Shown one piece after another: positions 48,061 to 57,463 of a DNA stretch of 64,000 nucleotides. The stretch is taken from IMG/VR virus record IMGVR_UViG_3300043409_001462, positions 32,001 to 96,000 of that record; one strand, written 5' to 3'. Positions within the stretch are counted from its first letter, which is position 1. Each line of letters begins with the position of its first letter. The notes beneath the pieces are model-generated. The model ran no database searches, was not told the DNA's origin, and saw only the letters and a program-made list of their open reading frames with translations. Source of the DNA: a virus. A program made the position numbers and the translations under genes.

Positions 48061-48073
48061 TGAAGGAAAAGAA

Positions 48074-49810
48074 ATGCAATTATTCGGTTTTGAATTTAAA
48101 CGTAAAATAGATTTAGATGTTTCGCCGTCTTTCACTCCAAAAGAGCAAGAAGACGGTGCAATAGTTATTGCAGCAGGTGGTAGTTTTGGCACTTACGTTG
48201 ATTTAGATGGTACAGTAAGAACAGAAGCAGAGTTAGTTACCAAGTACAGAGAAATGTCATTACATCCTGAAATTGATTCAGCTGTTGATGAAATAGTCAA
48301 TGAAATGGTAAGCTTAGATGAAAAAGATCTAGTAGAAATTAAACTAGATAACTTGCCTGCAGTACCTGAAACAATCAAAAAGAAAATTCGCGAAGAGTTC
48401 GAAAACTGTCTAACAATTCTTGATTTTCGTAAACACGCTTATGAAATTATGCGTCGTTGGTATATTGATGGTCGTTTATATTATCATGTTGTTATCGATG
48501 ATAAAGATACTAAAGCTGGTATTAAAGAAATTCGTTACGTTGATCCCCGTAAAATTCGTAAGATCCGTGAAATCGCCAAGCGTAGAGCTAAAGGTGGTGA
48601 TAATGGCGAAACAATAATTCCAAAAACACAAAATGAATATTTTATCTTTAACGATAAAGGTTTTAATTACGGTAACAAAATTACTGGACCTTCTACGACT
48701 GGTCTTCGTATAGCCAAAGATTCTATTCTTCATATTACTTCAGGATTGACAGACAATCAGGGAACTATGGTTCTCTCATATATGCACAAAGCAATCAAAT
48801 CATTGAACCAGTTGCGTACACTTGAAGACGCATTGGTTATCTATCGTCTAGCAAGAGCGCCAGAACGTCGTATTTGGTATATCGACGTTGGTAATCTTCC
48901 TAAGATGAAAGCAGAACAATATGTTCGCGATATCATGGTTAAGCATAAAAATCGTTTGATTTATGATGCTGACTCTGGTGCTATTCGCGACGACCGCAAA
49001 TTTATGACGATGCTAGAAGATTACTGGCTACCACGTCGTGAAGGTGGTAAAGGTACGGAGGTTACTACCTTACCTGGCGGTCAAACACTTGGACAAATGG
49101 ACGACGTTCTTTATTTCCAAAAGAAGTTGCTTCAAACTCTTAACGTACCAGTAAACAGACTTAACTCAGATGCATTGTTTTCTCTTGGACGTGCAACAGA
49201 AGTTAGTCGTGATGAATTGAAGTTCAGTCGTTTTATTAGTAGACTACGTGGTCGTTTTTCTCAGTTGTTCCTAAACATGCTAGAAAAACAAATTGTACTT
49301 AAACAAATTATGACTATTGAAGATTGGCATAATATTGCTGGCGAAATTCAGTTCGACTTTGCAAAGGATAACTATTTTAGTGAACTCAAGGATGGTGAAA
49401 TCCTTGACAACCGTATCAATCTTGCGCGTAACTTACAGGATATGCTTGGTAGATATTACTCGCATGAATGGCTACGTAAAAATATTCTTCAGCAGTCAGA
49501 TGATGACATTGAAGAAATGGATAAAGAGATCGAAGAAGAAAATAATTCAGAAGACCCACGTTGGATTAATCCATTAATTCAACAGAATGAAATGGGCGAA
49601 CAACAGATGGATATGCAGCAGCAAGAAATGGGTCAAAATGCAGCTGCAGGAGATGAAGATGTAGCTGTTGATCCTGAGCATGATAAAGAAGTTAAAAAAC
49701 AGCAAACAGCTCAGTCTCAACATTCTCTACTCAGCAAAAAGAAAAATAGAACACTCAGTGACGAAGCTAAATTGAAGTCAGCTTCTTTAATTATGTCTAA
49801 AAATAAATAG
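48074..49810 (+). CDS. gp20: portal protein gp20 (start at MQLFGF)
   Basis: WYIDGR, DPRKIRKIRE, LEDALVIYRLARAPERRIWYIDVGNLPK.KAEQY, EDYWLPRREGG; aagga RBS before 48074. Confidence 0.97.
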   Translation: MQLFGFEFKRKIDLDVSPSFTPKEQEDGAIVIAAGGSFGTYVDLDGTVRTEAELVTKYREMSLHPEIDSAVDEIVNEMVSLDEKDLVEIKLDNLPAVPETIKKKIREEFENCLTILDFRKHAYEIMRRWYIDGRLYYHVVIDDKDTKAGIKEIRYVDPRKIRKIREIAKRRAKGGDNGETIIPKTQNEYFIFNDKGFNYGNKITGPSTTGLRIAKDSILHITSGLTDNQGTMVLSYMHKAIKSLNQLRTLEDALVIYRLARAPERRIWYIDVGNLPKMKAEQYVRDIMVKHKNRLIYDADSGAIRDDRKFMTMLEDYWLPRREGGKGTEVTTLPGGQTLGQMDDVLYFQKKLLQTLNVPVNRLNSDALFSLGRATEVSRDELKFSRFISRLRGRFSQLFLNMLEKQIVLKQIMTIEDWHNIAGEIQFDFAKDNYFSELKDGEILDNRINLARNLQDMLGRYYSHEWLRKNILQQSDDDIEEMDKEIEEENNSEDPRWINPLIQQNEMGEQQMDMQQQEMGQNAAAGDEDVAVDPEHDKEVKKQQTAQSQHSLLSKKKNRTLSDEAKLKSASLIMSKNK

Positions 49811-49820
49811 GAGATAAGTA

Positions 49821-50009
49821 ATGGAACAAGATAATAAATACACATTGAAAGATTTAGTAATGTTCGGCGCTCAACAAAAGCCAGTAGATTTTAGTCAAAC
49901 ATTTGACGAATTAATGATAGATAAACTTCAAGCTGCTGTTGATGCTAGAAAATTAGAAATTGCGCAAACAATGTTTAATAGTGCGCCAGCAGATCAAGAA
50001 CAAGGGTAA
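49821..50009 (+). CDS. small prohead core protein (gp67-like position)
   Basis: Directly after the portal; F...M..K....D.RK.EIA..MF pattern; aggag RBS and AATAAATA at 49802. Confidence 0.55.
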   Translation: MEQDNKYTLKDLVMFGAQQKPVDFSQTFDELMIDKLQAAVDARKLEIAQTMFNSAPADQEQG

Positions 50010-50013
50010 TTAA

Positions 50014-51171
50014 ATGGCAAAGTATCTCAAGGAAGTTTTAAAAGGTGTTAAGTCAAGCACTAAGGTTACAAACGACCTTGGTGGATATAAGCCAAAGGCT
50101 GGTGACGAAGAAGATTTCGCAAAGAAGCATGAAATCGAAAAACATGCCGATCGTGTAGGCAACGGCGATGATGTATATAAGGGTACAACTAAGCATGTTC
50201 TTGCAAACACAAAAGAAAAGAACCATGGCTATAAGAAGCCAGAAGATGCTAAGGTAAACGAAGAACAAATTGACGAAGCTGGTATGCCTGCATCTGTTAT
50301 CAAAAGTAAGCAACATCGTGCTAATATGACTGATAAACAATTTGCTGATTCACATAAAGATAAATCTGATGCAGATCTAAGATCAATGGCTTGGCGTCAT
50401 GGTCATGGCAAACCAGGTACACCTGGTCATAACCATTATGTCAATAGACGCAATAAAGGTTTAAAAGAAGAAGTTCAAATCGACGAATTGTCAACTGATC
50501 TTTTGCATCGTGCAGCAAATAAAGCTGCTAAAAAAGCTATGACTGATGTTCAGGGTCGTTCTGGTCCTATTTTTAAAAAGCGAGCAGCACAGGCTAATAA
50601 GTTTCGCGATAAAGGTATGGCACAGGAAAAGAAAGAAAAAGCTGTTAAAGAAGAAACTATTGACGAAGCATCAATGAAACAAAAACAGCACACTAACAGA
50701 GTAAAAACAATGCCTGGTAAAAAAGGCGCTGTGATGGGTGCAACTTCTAATTTCGAAGCTCCATTCCATAAGGTCCATGCTACAATTTCAAAAAGTGGTG
50801 GATCTAAAGAAGTAGTAAAGCACGAAATTAAAGCTAAAGACAAGCATGATGCAATTTTTAATGTTCAAATGATGCACCACAAGGCTGGTCATAAAGTACA
50901 CGATACAAAGTATAAAGGTACTGTCAAGGAAGAAGCAGAACAAATCGATGAGCTTTCAAAAAAAACTCTTGGTAATTACGCTCATGCAGGAGTAAGAGAT
51001 ATCGCTTCTCGTCAGTACGCTCTCGGTAAGGGTGACAAATCTAATACAGGCAAACTTATGAATCGTCGTAAGGGCGTTGATAAAGCAATCAGTAAGCTTA
51101 CTAAAGAATCTGAAACACCAATTACGTTTCCAAATAAGCAATCAAATAACGCAGTAGGACAAAACGTATGA
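50014..51171 (+). CDS. Lys/His-rich internal head/prohead core protein with repeated (Q/T)IDE protease-type sites
   Basis: Between portal and protease; EEQIDE, EEVQIDE, EETIDE and EEAEQIDE separate basic modules. Confidence 0.65.
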   Translation: MAKYLKEVLKGVKSSTKVTNDLGGYKPKAGDEEDFAKKHEIEKHADRVGNGDDVYKGTTKHVLANTKEKNHGYKKPEDAKVNEEQIDEAGMPASVIKSKQHRANMTDKQFADSHKDKSDADLRSMAWRHGHGKPGTPGHNHYVNRRNKGLKEEVQIDELSTDLLHRAANKAAKKAMTDVQGRSGPIFKKRAAQANKFRDKGMAQEKKEKAVKEETIDEASMKQKQHTNRVKTMPGKKGAVMGATSNFEAPFHKVHATISKSGGSKEVVKHEIKAKDKHDAIFNVQMMHHKAGHKVHDTKYKGTVKEEAEQIDELSKKTLGNYAHAGVRDIASRQYALGKGDKSNTGKLMNRRKGVDKAISKLTKESETPITFPNKQSNNAVGQNV

Positions 51172-51446
51172 GCGCGATCGTTAAACCACTCGGAACAGAA
51201 TCTGTTTGTAATACAACAACTTTTAGTTCTTATAGCAACAGTACATTAGTAAAAATATCACACGCTTCTGCTATTACAACTTTAGCTTTAATTACTTGTA
51301 AAGATTCTACAAACACTACTACTAAATGGACAACTTCTGTTATTGGTGGTGAAACAATAATTTTAGAAAAAGGCGCAACAGATATTTTAACTTCGAATAA
51401 CACAGCTGCTACGTTAGTAGCTGTTCCTGTTGCGTATAAAAATTAA
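51168..51446 (+). CDS. small beta-rich hypothetical protein in the head module
   Basis: 92-aa ORF overlapping the upstream stop; agga RBS. Confidence 0.6.
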   Translation: MSAIVKPLGTESVCNTTTFSSYSNSTLVKISHASAITTLALITCKDSTNTTTKWTTSVIGGETIILEKGATDILTSNNTAATLVAVPVAYKN

Positions 51447-51455
51447 GGTAATCAA

Positions 51456-52133
51456 ATGAAGCTAATTACAGAACTAGTAGAACAAGTAGAATATATTACT
51501 GAAGCCAAAGAATCTGGTGAAAAGCAGCATTATATTCATGGCATTTTTCTACAGGCTGATAGAAAAAATAGAAATGGTCGTATCTATGAAATGAATATTC
51601 TAGAGCCAGAAGTTAATCGTTATATTGCTGAAACTATTAAACATAACAGAGCTTATGGTGAACTAGGTCATCCTGATGGCCCAGCTATCAATCTAGATAG
51701 AGTATCACATATTATTACAGAATTAACTCGTGATGGAAGTAATTTTATTGGTAAAGCTAAACTTACTAATACACCAATGGGTAATATTGCAAGAGGTCTT
51801 TTAGAATCTGGAGCTAATCTTGGTGTATCTTCTCGTGCTTTAGGATCTCTTCAGCCAGATAATAAAACTGGCGCTATGATGGTCCAATCTGATCTTCGAC
51901 TTGCTACTGCAGCTGATATCGTTGCAGATCCTTCTGCGCCAGATGCTTTTGTTAAAGGTATCATGGAAAACGTAGAATGGATTTATGATTCTGTTAAGGA
52001 CACTTGGCGCGAAGAGAAGCTTGATAATATCAAGAAACAAATTCATACTATGTCTAAAAGAGAAATAGAAGAGCAGAGACTTGCTATTTTCGAGAACTAC
52101 GTTAGCTCTTTAGCTTTTAAAATCAATAAATAA
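51456..52133 (+). CDS. gp21: prohead core protease gp21
   Basis: MKLITE, GIFLQ...NRNGRIY, GELGHP, GVSSR.LGSL, DIVADPSAPDAFV.GIME. Confidence 0.97.
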   Translation: MKLITELVEQVEYITEAKESGEKQHYIHGIFLQADRKNRNGRIYEMNILEPEVNRYIAETIKHNRAYGELGHPDGPAINLDRVSHIITELTRDGSNFIGKAKLTNTPMGNIARGLLESGANLGVSSRALGSLQPDNKTGAMMVQSDLRLATAADIVADPSAPDAFVKGIMENVEWIYDSVKDTWREEKLDNIKKQIHTMSKREIEEQRLAIFENYVSSLAFKINK

Positions 52134-52167
52134 TAAATAATTCTAAATTCCACAGGGAGACCTTACG

Positions 52168-53373
52168 ATGTCAATTAAAAAGTTTCAAATGAAAGACCTT
52201 CTAGAGCAGGTTGCTACCAACGAAGCTAAGAAGAATGCAGTCAACGAAGAAGAAATCGTTGAGGAAGAAGTTGAAGAAGAAGTAGTTCTAGAAGCTGAAG
52301 ATGCTGAAGAAGATGAATCAGAAACTGATTACGAAGAAGATCAGGAAGATGAAATTGAAGAAGAAACTACTGCAGCTGCTTCTCTTAAGCCAGGTGCTAA
52401 TTCAGTTGACGATCCTAAGTCCAAAATTGGTATGATTGCTAATATGATTGGTGCTATGCAGTCAATGGGTAAAGAAGATCTTGTTAAGTGGTTCGATCAG
52501 ACCATGTCTCTTTACGGTCCAGGTAAGGATTGGGGCGTAGGCGATAAGTCTGGTTCTAATCAGTCTTCAATTGACATGAGTCCTTCAGCAGCTTCATCTG
52601 CAACTGGTCCAAAAACTAGAGACGGTATGCCAAAGCTTTCTGTCAAGGAAGACGTTGAAGAAATGTTTGCTGGCTCTGATCTTTCAGAAGAATTTAAATC
52701 AAATGCAGCAACACTATTTGAAGCAGCTGTACATGCTCGTACAATTGTTGAAATTGCTCGTCTTGAAGAAGAATACGAAGCAGCTTTTGCTGAATCTGTA
52801 GAAGAAATTACAGAAGAACTTACATCTAAGCTCGACTCGTATCTTGAATATGTAACTGAGCAGTGGATGGAAGATAACGAAGTTGCTATTGAGTCAACAC
52901 TTCGTAACGAATTAATGGAAGAATTTATTGGTGGTCTAAAGGGTCTATTTGCTGAACATTATATCGACGTTCCACAGGAAAAAATCGATGTAATCGAAGC
53001 TCTTGCTGAAAAGGTAGAAACACTTGAAGCAGCTCTTGACGAATCCATCAATGAAAATGTAGAGCTTAAGAGAAATATTGCAGAAGTAGAAAAGGATGAT
53101 ATCCTTGAAAGCCTATGCGATGGTCTTGCTCTTTCACAAGTAGAAAAGTTCAAGGCGCTTGCAGAAGGCATTGAATTTGACGGCGACCTAGAAACTTATG
53201 GCAATAAGCTAGTTTTTGTTAAAGAAAACTATTTCGGAGCTAAAAAGTCAGTAGTTTCTACTAATATCGAAGAAGAAACTTTTGAAGGCGAAACATCTTC
53301 AACTAACACAGTTTCTATCGATCCATCCGTTAATCGTTACGTTCAAGCAATTAACAGAAACATAAAGAAGTAA
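52168..53373 (+). CDS. gp22: prohead scaffolding protein gp22
   Basis: LSEEFK..A.T.FEAAV, DSYL.YV.EQWM..N..AIE, F..GLK.LF.EHYID.P; long acidic N-terminal extension. Confidence 0.93.
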   Translation: MSIKKFQMKDLLEQVATNEAKKNAVNEEEIVEEEVEEEVVLEAEDAEEDESETDYEEDQEDEIEEETTAAASLKPGANSVDDPKSKIGMIANMIGAMQSMGKEDLVKWFDQTMSLYGPGKDWGVGDKSGSNQSSIDMSPSAASSATGPKTRDGMPKLSVKEDVEEMFAGSDLSEEFKSNAATLFEAAVHARTIVEIARLEEEYEAAFAESVEEITEELTSKLDSYLEYVTEQWMEDNEVAIESTLRNELMEEFIGGLKGLFAEHYIDVPQEKIDVIEALAEKVETLEAALDESINENVELKRNIAEVEKDDILESLCDGLALSQVEKFKALAEGIEFDGDLETYGNKLVFVKENYFGAKKSVVSTNIEEETFEGETSSTNTVSIDPSVNRYVQAINRNIKK

Positions 53374-53377
53374 TTTT

Positions 53378-53385
53378 TATAAATA
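53378..53385 (+). promoter_or_regulatory. T4-type late promoter TATAAATA for gp23
   Basis: Perfect consensus in the gp22-gp23 intergenic region. Confidence 0.85.
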
Positions 53386-53418
53386 CAAAATACAACACCT
53401 TAAGAAAGGGAGACAAAA

Positions 53419-54843
53419 ATGTATCTAGCTGAGGCAATTCAAAACAAGTGGGCACCTGTTCTCGATCATGACGCTCTTGGCGTTATCAAGGATCAGCACC
53501 GTCGCTCCGTAACAGCAGTAATGCTCGAAAACACAGAAAACGCCCTTCGTGAAGCTCATGCTCACACTGGCTATCAGACTCTTACTGAAGCAGGTATCGC
53601 ACCTTCTGCAGTTAACGCAATGGGTGGTTCTTCATCTACTGCTGGTACTGGTGGTATCGACACTTTCGATCCAGTACTTATTTCTCTAGTACGTCGTGCA
53701 ATGCCTAACCTTATTGCTTATGATATCTGCGGCGTTCAGCCAATGACTGGTCCAACTGGACTTATCTTCGCAATGCGTTCAATGTATGCTAACCAGCAGA
53801 CTAACTCAACAGGCTATGCTCTTAATCAGGGCGATGCTGTAACTCAGGAAACTTTCTATCAGGAAGTTAATACTGCGTTCTCTTCTGTTGTTGGTGGTGG
53901 TAACCAGCTTGGTAACAATAACGTTGGTAAGTTCCCAGGCGCAACTAACACTACACCACTTAGTGCACTAAGCCAGTATAACACTGCTGGTGGTATGGCT
54001 ACTACTGTTGCAGAAACTCTTGGTTCTAACAGTTCTGGCGCTTCTGACTTCGCTCAGATGGCATTCACAATTGAAAAGGTTACTGTAACTGCTAAGTCAC
54101 GTGCTCTTAAGGCAGAATACACTATGGAACTTGCTCAGGATCTTAAGGCAATCCATGGTCTAGACGCAGAAACTGAACTTTCAAACATCCTTTCAGCTGA
54201 AATTCTTGCTGAAATCAACCGTGAAGTTGTTCGTACTATCAACATCTCTGCTGTTGCTGGCGCTCAGGACAATACAACTACTGCTGGCGTATTCGATCTT
54301 GACACCGACTCAAACGGTCGTTGGTCAGTAGAAAAGTTCAAGGGTCTTATGTTCCAGCTTGAAAGAGAAGCTAACGCTATCGCCCGTCAGACTCGTCGTG
54401 GTAAGGGTAATATCGTACTTTGCTCTTCTGACGTCGCTTCTGCACTTCAGATGGCTGGTGTACTTGACTACACTCCAGCTCTTAACTCAAACAATCTTCA
54501 GGTAGATGACACTGGTAACACTTTCGCTGGTGTTCTTAACGGTCGTCTAAAGGTTTACATCGATCCATACGCAATCGGTGGTAACTACCTAACTGTTGGC
54601 TATAAGGGTTCGTCAGCATTCGACGCTGGTCTATTCTATTGCCCATACGTTCCTCTACAGATGGTTCGTGCAGTTGATCAGTCAAGCTTCCAGCCTAAGA
54701 TCGGCTTTAAGACTCGTTACGGCATGGTAGCAAATCCATTCGCTGAAATGAATACTTCTTATCAGGCTGTTAAGGGTCAGGGTCGTCTTGATATTTCCAA
54801 GAACATCTACTATCGTCGTATGATTGTTAACAACCTAATGTAA
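53419..54843 (+). CDS. gp23: major capsid protein gp23
   Basis: KWAPVLDH, FDPVLISLVRRAMPNLIAYDICGVQPMTGPTGLIFAMR, SRALKAEYT.ELAQDLKAIHGLDAE, FQPKIGFKTRYG. Confidence 0.99.
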   Translation: MYLAEAIQNKWAPVLDHDALGVIKDQHRRSVTAVMLENTENALREAHAHTGYQTLTEAGIAPSAVNAMGGSSSTAGTGGIDTFDPVLISLVRRAMPNLIAYDICGVQPMTGPTGLIFAMRSMYANQQTNSTGYALNQGDAVTQETFYQEVNTAFSSVVGGGNQLGNNNVGKFPGATNTTPLSALSQYNTAGGMATTVAETLGSNSSGASDFAQMAFTIEKVTVTAKSRALKAEYTMELAQDLKAIHGLDAETELSNILSAEILAEINREVVRTINISAVAGAQDNTTTAGVFDLDTDSNGRWSVEKFKGLMFQLEREANAIARQTRRGKGNIVLCSSDVASALQMAGVLDYTPALNSNNLQVDDTGNTFAGVLNGRLKVYIDPYAIGGNYLTVGYKGSSAFDAGLFYCPYVPLQMVRAVDQSSFQPKIGFKTRYGMVANPFAEMNTSYQAVKGQGRLDISKNIYYRRMIVNNLM

Positions 54844-54901
54844 TTGAAACCTCGCTGATTCAAAGGCGAGGCAATACAAGACGGTTTCAAGCCGCAAACT
54901 T

Positions 54902-54927
54902 AAGGGGATCTTCGGGTCCCCTTTTTT
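54902..54927 (+). terminator. intrinsic terminator after gp23
   Basis: aaggggatc-TTCG-ggtcccctt followed by a T run. Confidence 0.9.
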
Positions 54928-54928
54928 A

Positions 54929-54957
54929 TTGACTTTTTTTCATTTTACCAGTATAAT
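54929..54957 (+). promoter_or_regulatory. sigma70-type promoter TTGACT-N17-TATAAT
   Basis: -35 at 54929-54934, -10 at 54952-54957, 17-nt spacer. Confidence 0.75.
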
Positions 54958-55007
54958 CATATATGACAGGATGATATGATAAATAGTATTAGCTCTAGGA
55001 GGTACTG

Positions 55008-55529
55008 ATGACAGCTGTTGATAATACACCATCGAATAAGAATTTTCTAAGTCCGCTCAATTTTGTATTCCAAATCAAGCGTTCTCCTCATTTAAACTTC
55101 TTTGTTCAAGAAGCAAATTTACCTGGTATATCTGTAAATTTTCCAACACAACAAAATCCATTCGTACGTATTCCTATCTCTGGCGACCATGTTGATTTTG
55201 GTAATCTTAGAGTTACATTTAAAGTAGATGAAGAATTACAGAACTGGTTCGAAATACATAACTGGATTAGAGCTCTTGGATTTCCATTTGAATTCGAAGA
55301 ATACAGAACTCTTAAAACTGCACCAACTCAAACTGGCGACGGAATAACTTCTGATATAACACTAGTATTATTAAATCAAATTAAAAAACCTATTTTCGAA
55401 ATTTCATTTCGAGATGCATTTCCTATCTCTTTATCTGAAATGTCATTTAATACTACAGATGAATCAGTAGATTACATAAGCGCTACTGCAGAATTTAGAT
55501 ATGTACTTTACGATGTTGTAAAATTATAG
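55008..55529 (+). CDS. gp3: tail completion/tube terminator protein gp3
   Basis: NFLSPLNF.F.I.R.P, FF.Q.ANLPG, GD...F..L.V.F.VDE.L.N..EI..W, F.DAFP.SLS. Confidence 0.88.
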   Translation: MTAVDNTPSNKNFLSPLNFVFQIKRSPHLNFFVQEANLPGISVNFPTQQNPFVRIPISGDHVDFGNLRVTFKVDEELQNWFEIHNWIRALGFPFEFEEYRTLKTAPTQTGDGITSDITLVLLNQIKKPIFEISFRDAFPISLSEMSFNTTDESVDYISATAEFRYVLYDVVKL

Positions 55530-55577
55530 TATACTTTTGATCCTAACTACGCTATAATATGTTTAAAGTGAGGGATT

Positions 55578-56012
55578 ATGAAGTTAGAAGAAATTTACAC
55601 ACAGTGGGACGTAGATAGTGATATCGATACTACAGATCTCGGTAACGAGAGTATCAAGATACCTAAATTACATAACAAATATTATAGGCTATATACTAGT
55701 GAAAAGCTACTGCTACGTAAATATGAAGCAGAAATGAAATCACTTAAGCTTGCTAAGTATGAATTTTATACGCAGGGACCATCGAGCGAAACGAAAGAGC
55801 TTGGTTGGGAAATGCCAGCTAGAGGTATGATTTTAAAGCAAGAAATGCCTATGTATATGGAAGGAGACAAGGAAATTATTGCTTTGTCTTTAAAAATTGG
55901 ATTACAGCAAGAAAAAGTAGAGCTATTAGAGTCTATTATTAAAAGTCTGGTCAACAGAGGATTTCAAATTAAATCGGCAATTGATTGGCATAAATTTACT
56001 ATGGGAGCATAA
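55578..56012 (+). CDS. uvsY: recombination mediator UvsY
   Basis: W..DS.ID, ES.KIPKLH.KY, K.EFY, RGFQIK.AI.W.KF..G. Confidence 0.92.
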   Translation: MKLEEIYTQWDVDSDIDTTDLGNESIKIPKLHNKYYRLYTSEKLLLRKYEAEMKSLKLAKYEFYTQGPSSETKELGWEMPARGMILKQEMPMYMEGDKEIIALSLKIGLQQEKVELLESIIKSLVNRGFQIKSAIDWHKFTMGA

Positions 56013-57463
56013 TGGATATAATTGAGATCGAGCGTTTCGACGAGACGTATAATAAAATAACATGTGATCCTGGTATTGGTTTTGAACTGAGTGAATATTT
56101 CACCTTCGAAGTACCAGGCGCTAAGTTTATGCCATCTGTACGTAACAAAGTATGGGATGGTAAAATACGTCTCTATAATGTCATGTCTTGTCTACTATAC
56201 GCTGGTCTCAATAAATATGTAGAAGAGTTTGCTAGTAAACGAAACTACCAAGTAATATACAAGTCGGATTTCTCAGCCGATGAATTTTCAGTTAAAGAAG
56301 CATTCGAGTTTTTAGAAACTATTAAACTACCATCAAAATATCAACCCAGAGACTATCAAATAAAGGCTTTTGTTCATGCTATACGTAATCGTAGATCTTT
56401 ACTTCTCTCGCCCACTGCCTCAGGTAAATCGTTTATCATCTACCTAATAACGAGGTACTATCATGCACGCACTCTTATTATTGTTCCAACTACTTCTTTG
56501 GTTAGTCAACTTGCCTCTGACTTTGATGACTATGGCTTTGTATCCGATAGGTTCGTTCATAGAATCTTTGCTGGACAAGATAAACAAACAGATAAACCAG
56601 TTACCATCTCAACCTGGCAGTCTATATACAAGATGCCTAAAAAATATTTCGAACAATTTGATGTGGTCATAGGTGACGAAGCACACTTATTTAAAGCGAA
56701 GAGTCTTACTAGCATTATGTCTAAGCTTAGTAATTGTCGATATCGCTTTGGATTCACAGGTACTCTCGACGGCACTCAAACTAATCAGCTTGTTCTCGAA
56801 GGTTTGTTTGGTCCTGTTAGAAAAGTTACAACCACTGCTGAATTAATTGATCAAAAACACTTGACTAAATTTGAAATTAAAGCTATAATACTTAAGTATC
56901 CTGATGAAATACGTAAACAAGTATCCAAGTTTGATTATCAAGCAGAGCTAGATTATCTAGTACGTAACGATGCAAGAAATAAATTTATTATGAACCTGAC
57001 GCTATCGCTGTCGGGTAATACTCTATTGTTATTCCAGTTCGTTGAGAAGCATGGCAAAGTATTGTATGATATGATAAAGGATTGTGGACGTGAAGTATAT
57101 TTTGTTCATGGCGGTGTTGATGGCGAGGATCGAGAACAGATTCGTAAATTTTTGGAAACGCAACAAAACGCTATTATCATCGCTAGCGTGGGAACTTTCT
57201 CCACAGGTGTCAACATTCCTAGTTTGCGTAACATTATATCTGCTAGTCCTTCAAAATCCAAGATTCGAAATTTACAATCAATTGGTCGTGTATTACGCAA
57301 ATCAAGTGGTAAAGATGGCGCAACTCTTTATGACATCGCTGATGACTTAACTTGGAAAGATAGAAAAAACTTTACGATACTTCATTTTATGACACGTGTT
57401 GCGATATATAACGAGGAAAAGTTTGATTATAAAATTTATCCTGTAAATTTAAAGGGCGCATAA
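56012..57463 (+). CDS. uvsW: DNA helicase UvsW
   Basis: WDGKIRL, RDYQ, SPTASGKS, GDEAHLFKAKSL, GFTGTL, LQSIGRVLR. Confidence 0.96.
   Translation: MDIIEIERFDETYNKITCDPGIGFELSEYFTFEVPGAKFMPSVRNKVWDGKIRLYNVMSCLLYAGLNKYVEEFASKRNYQVIYKSDFSADEFSVKEAFEFLETIKLPSKYQPRDYQIKAFVHAIRNRRSLLLSPTASGKSFIIYLITRYYHARTLIIVPTTSLVSQLASDFDDYGFVSDRFVHRIFAGQDKQTDKPVTISTWQSIYKMPKKYFEQFDVVIGDEAHLFKAKSLTSIMSKLSNCRYRFGFTGTLDGTQTNQLVLEGLFGPVRKVTTTAELIDQKHLTKFEIKAIILKYPDEIRKQVSKFDYQAELDYLVRNDARNKFIMNLTLSLSGNTLLLFQFVEKHGKVLYDMIKDCGREVYFVHGGVDGEDREQIRKFLETQQNAIIIASVGTFSTGVNIPSLRNIISASPSKSKIRNLQSIGRVLRKSSGKDGATLYDIADDLTWKDRKNFTILHFMTRVAIYNEEKFDYKIYPVNLKGA

Noticed and set aside
48026-48073. ORF-track start of the portal at 48026
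   Set aside because: It is a TTG start running through the gp19 terminator hairpin; the ATG at 48074 has an RBS and gives the typical MQLFGF start
54844-55007. tRNA or a known riboswitch/ribozyme after gp23
   Set aside because: No cloverleaf or T-loop, and ctgattca does not complete a hammerhead core; kept only as an unassigned structured element
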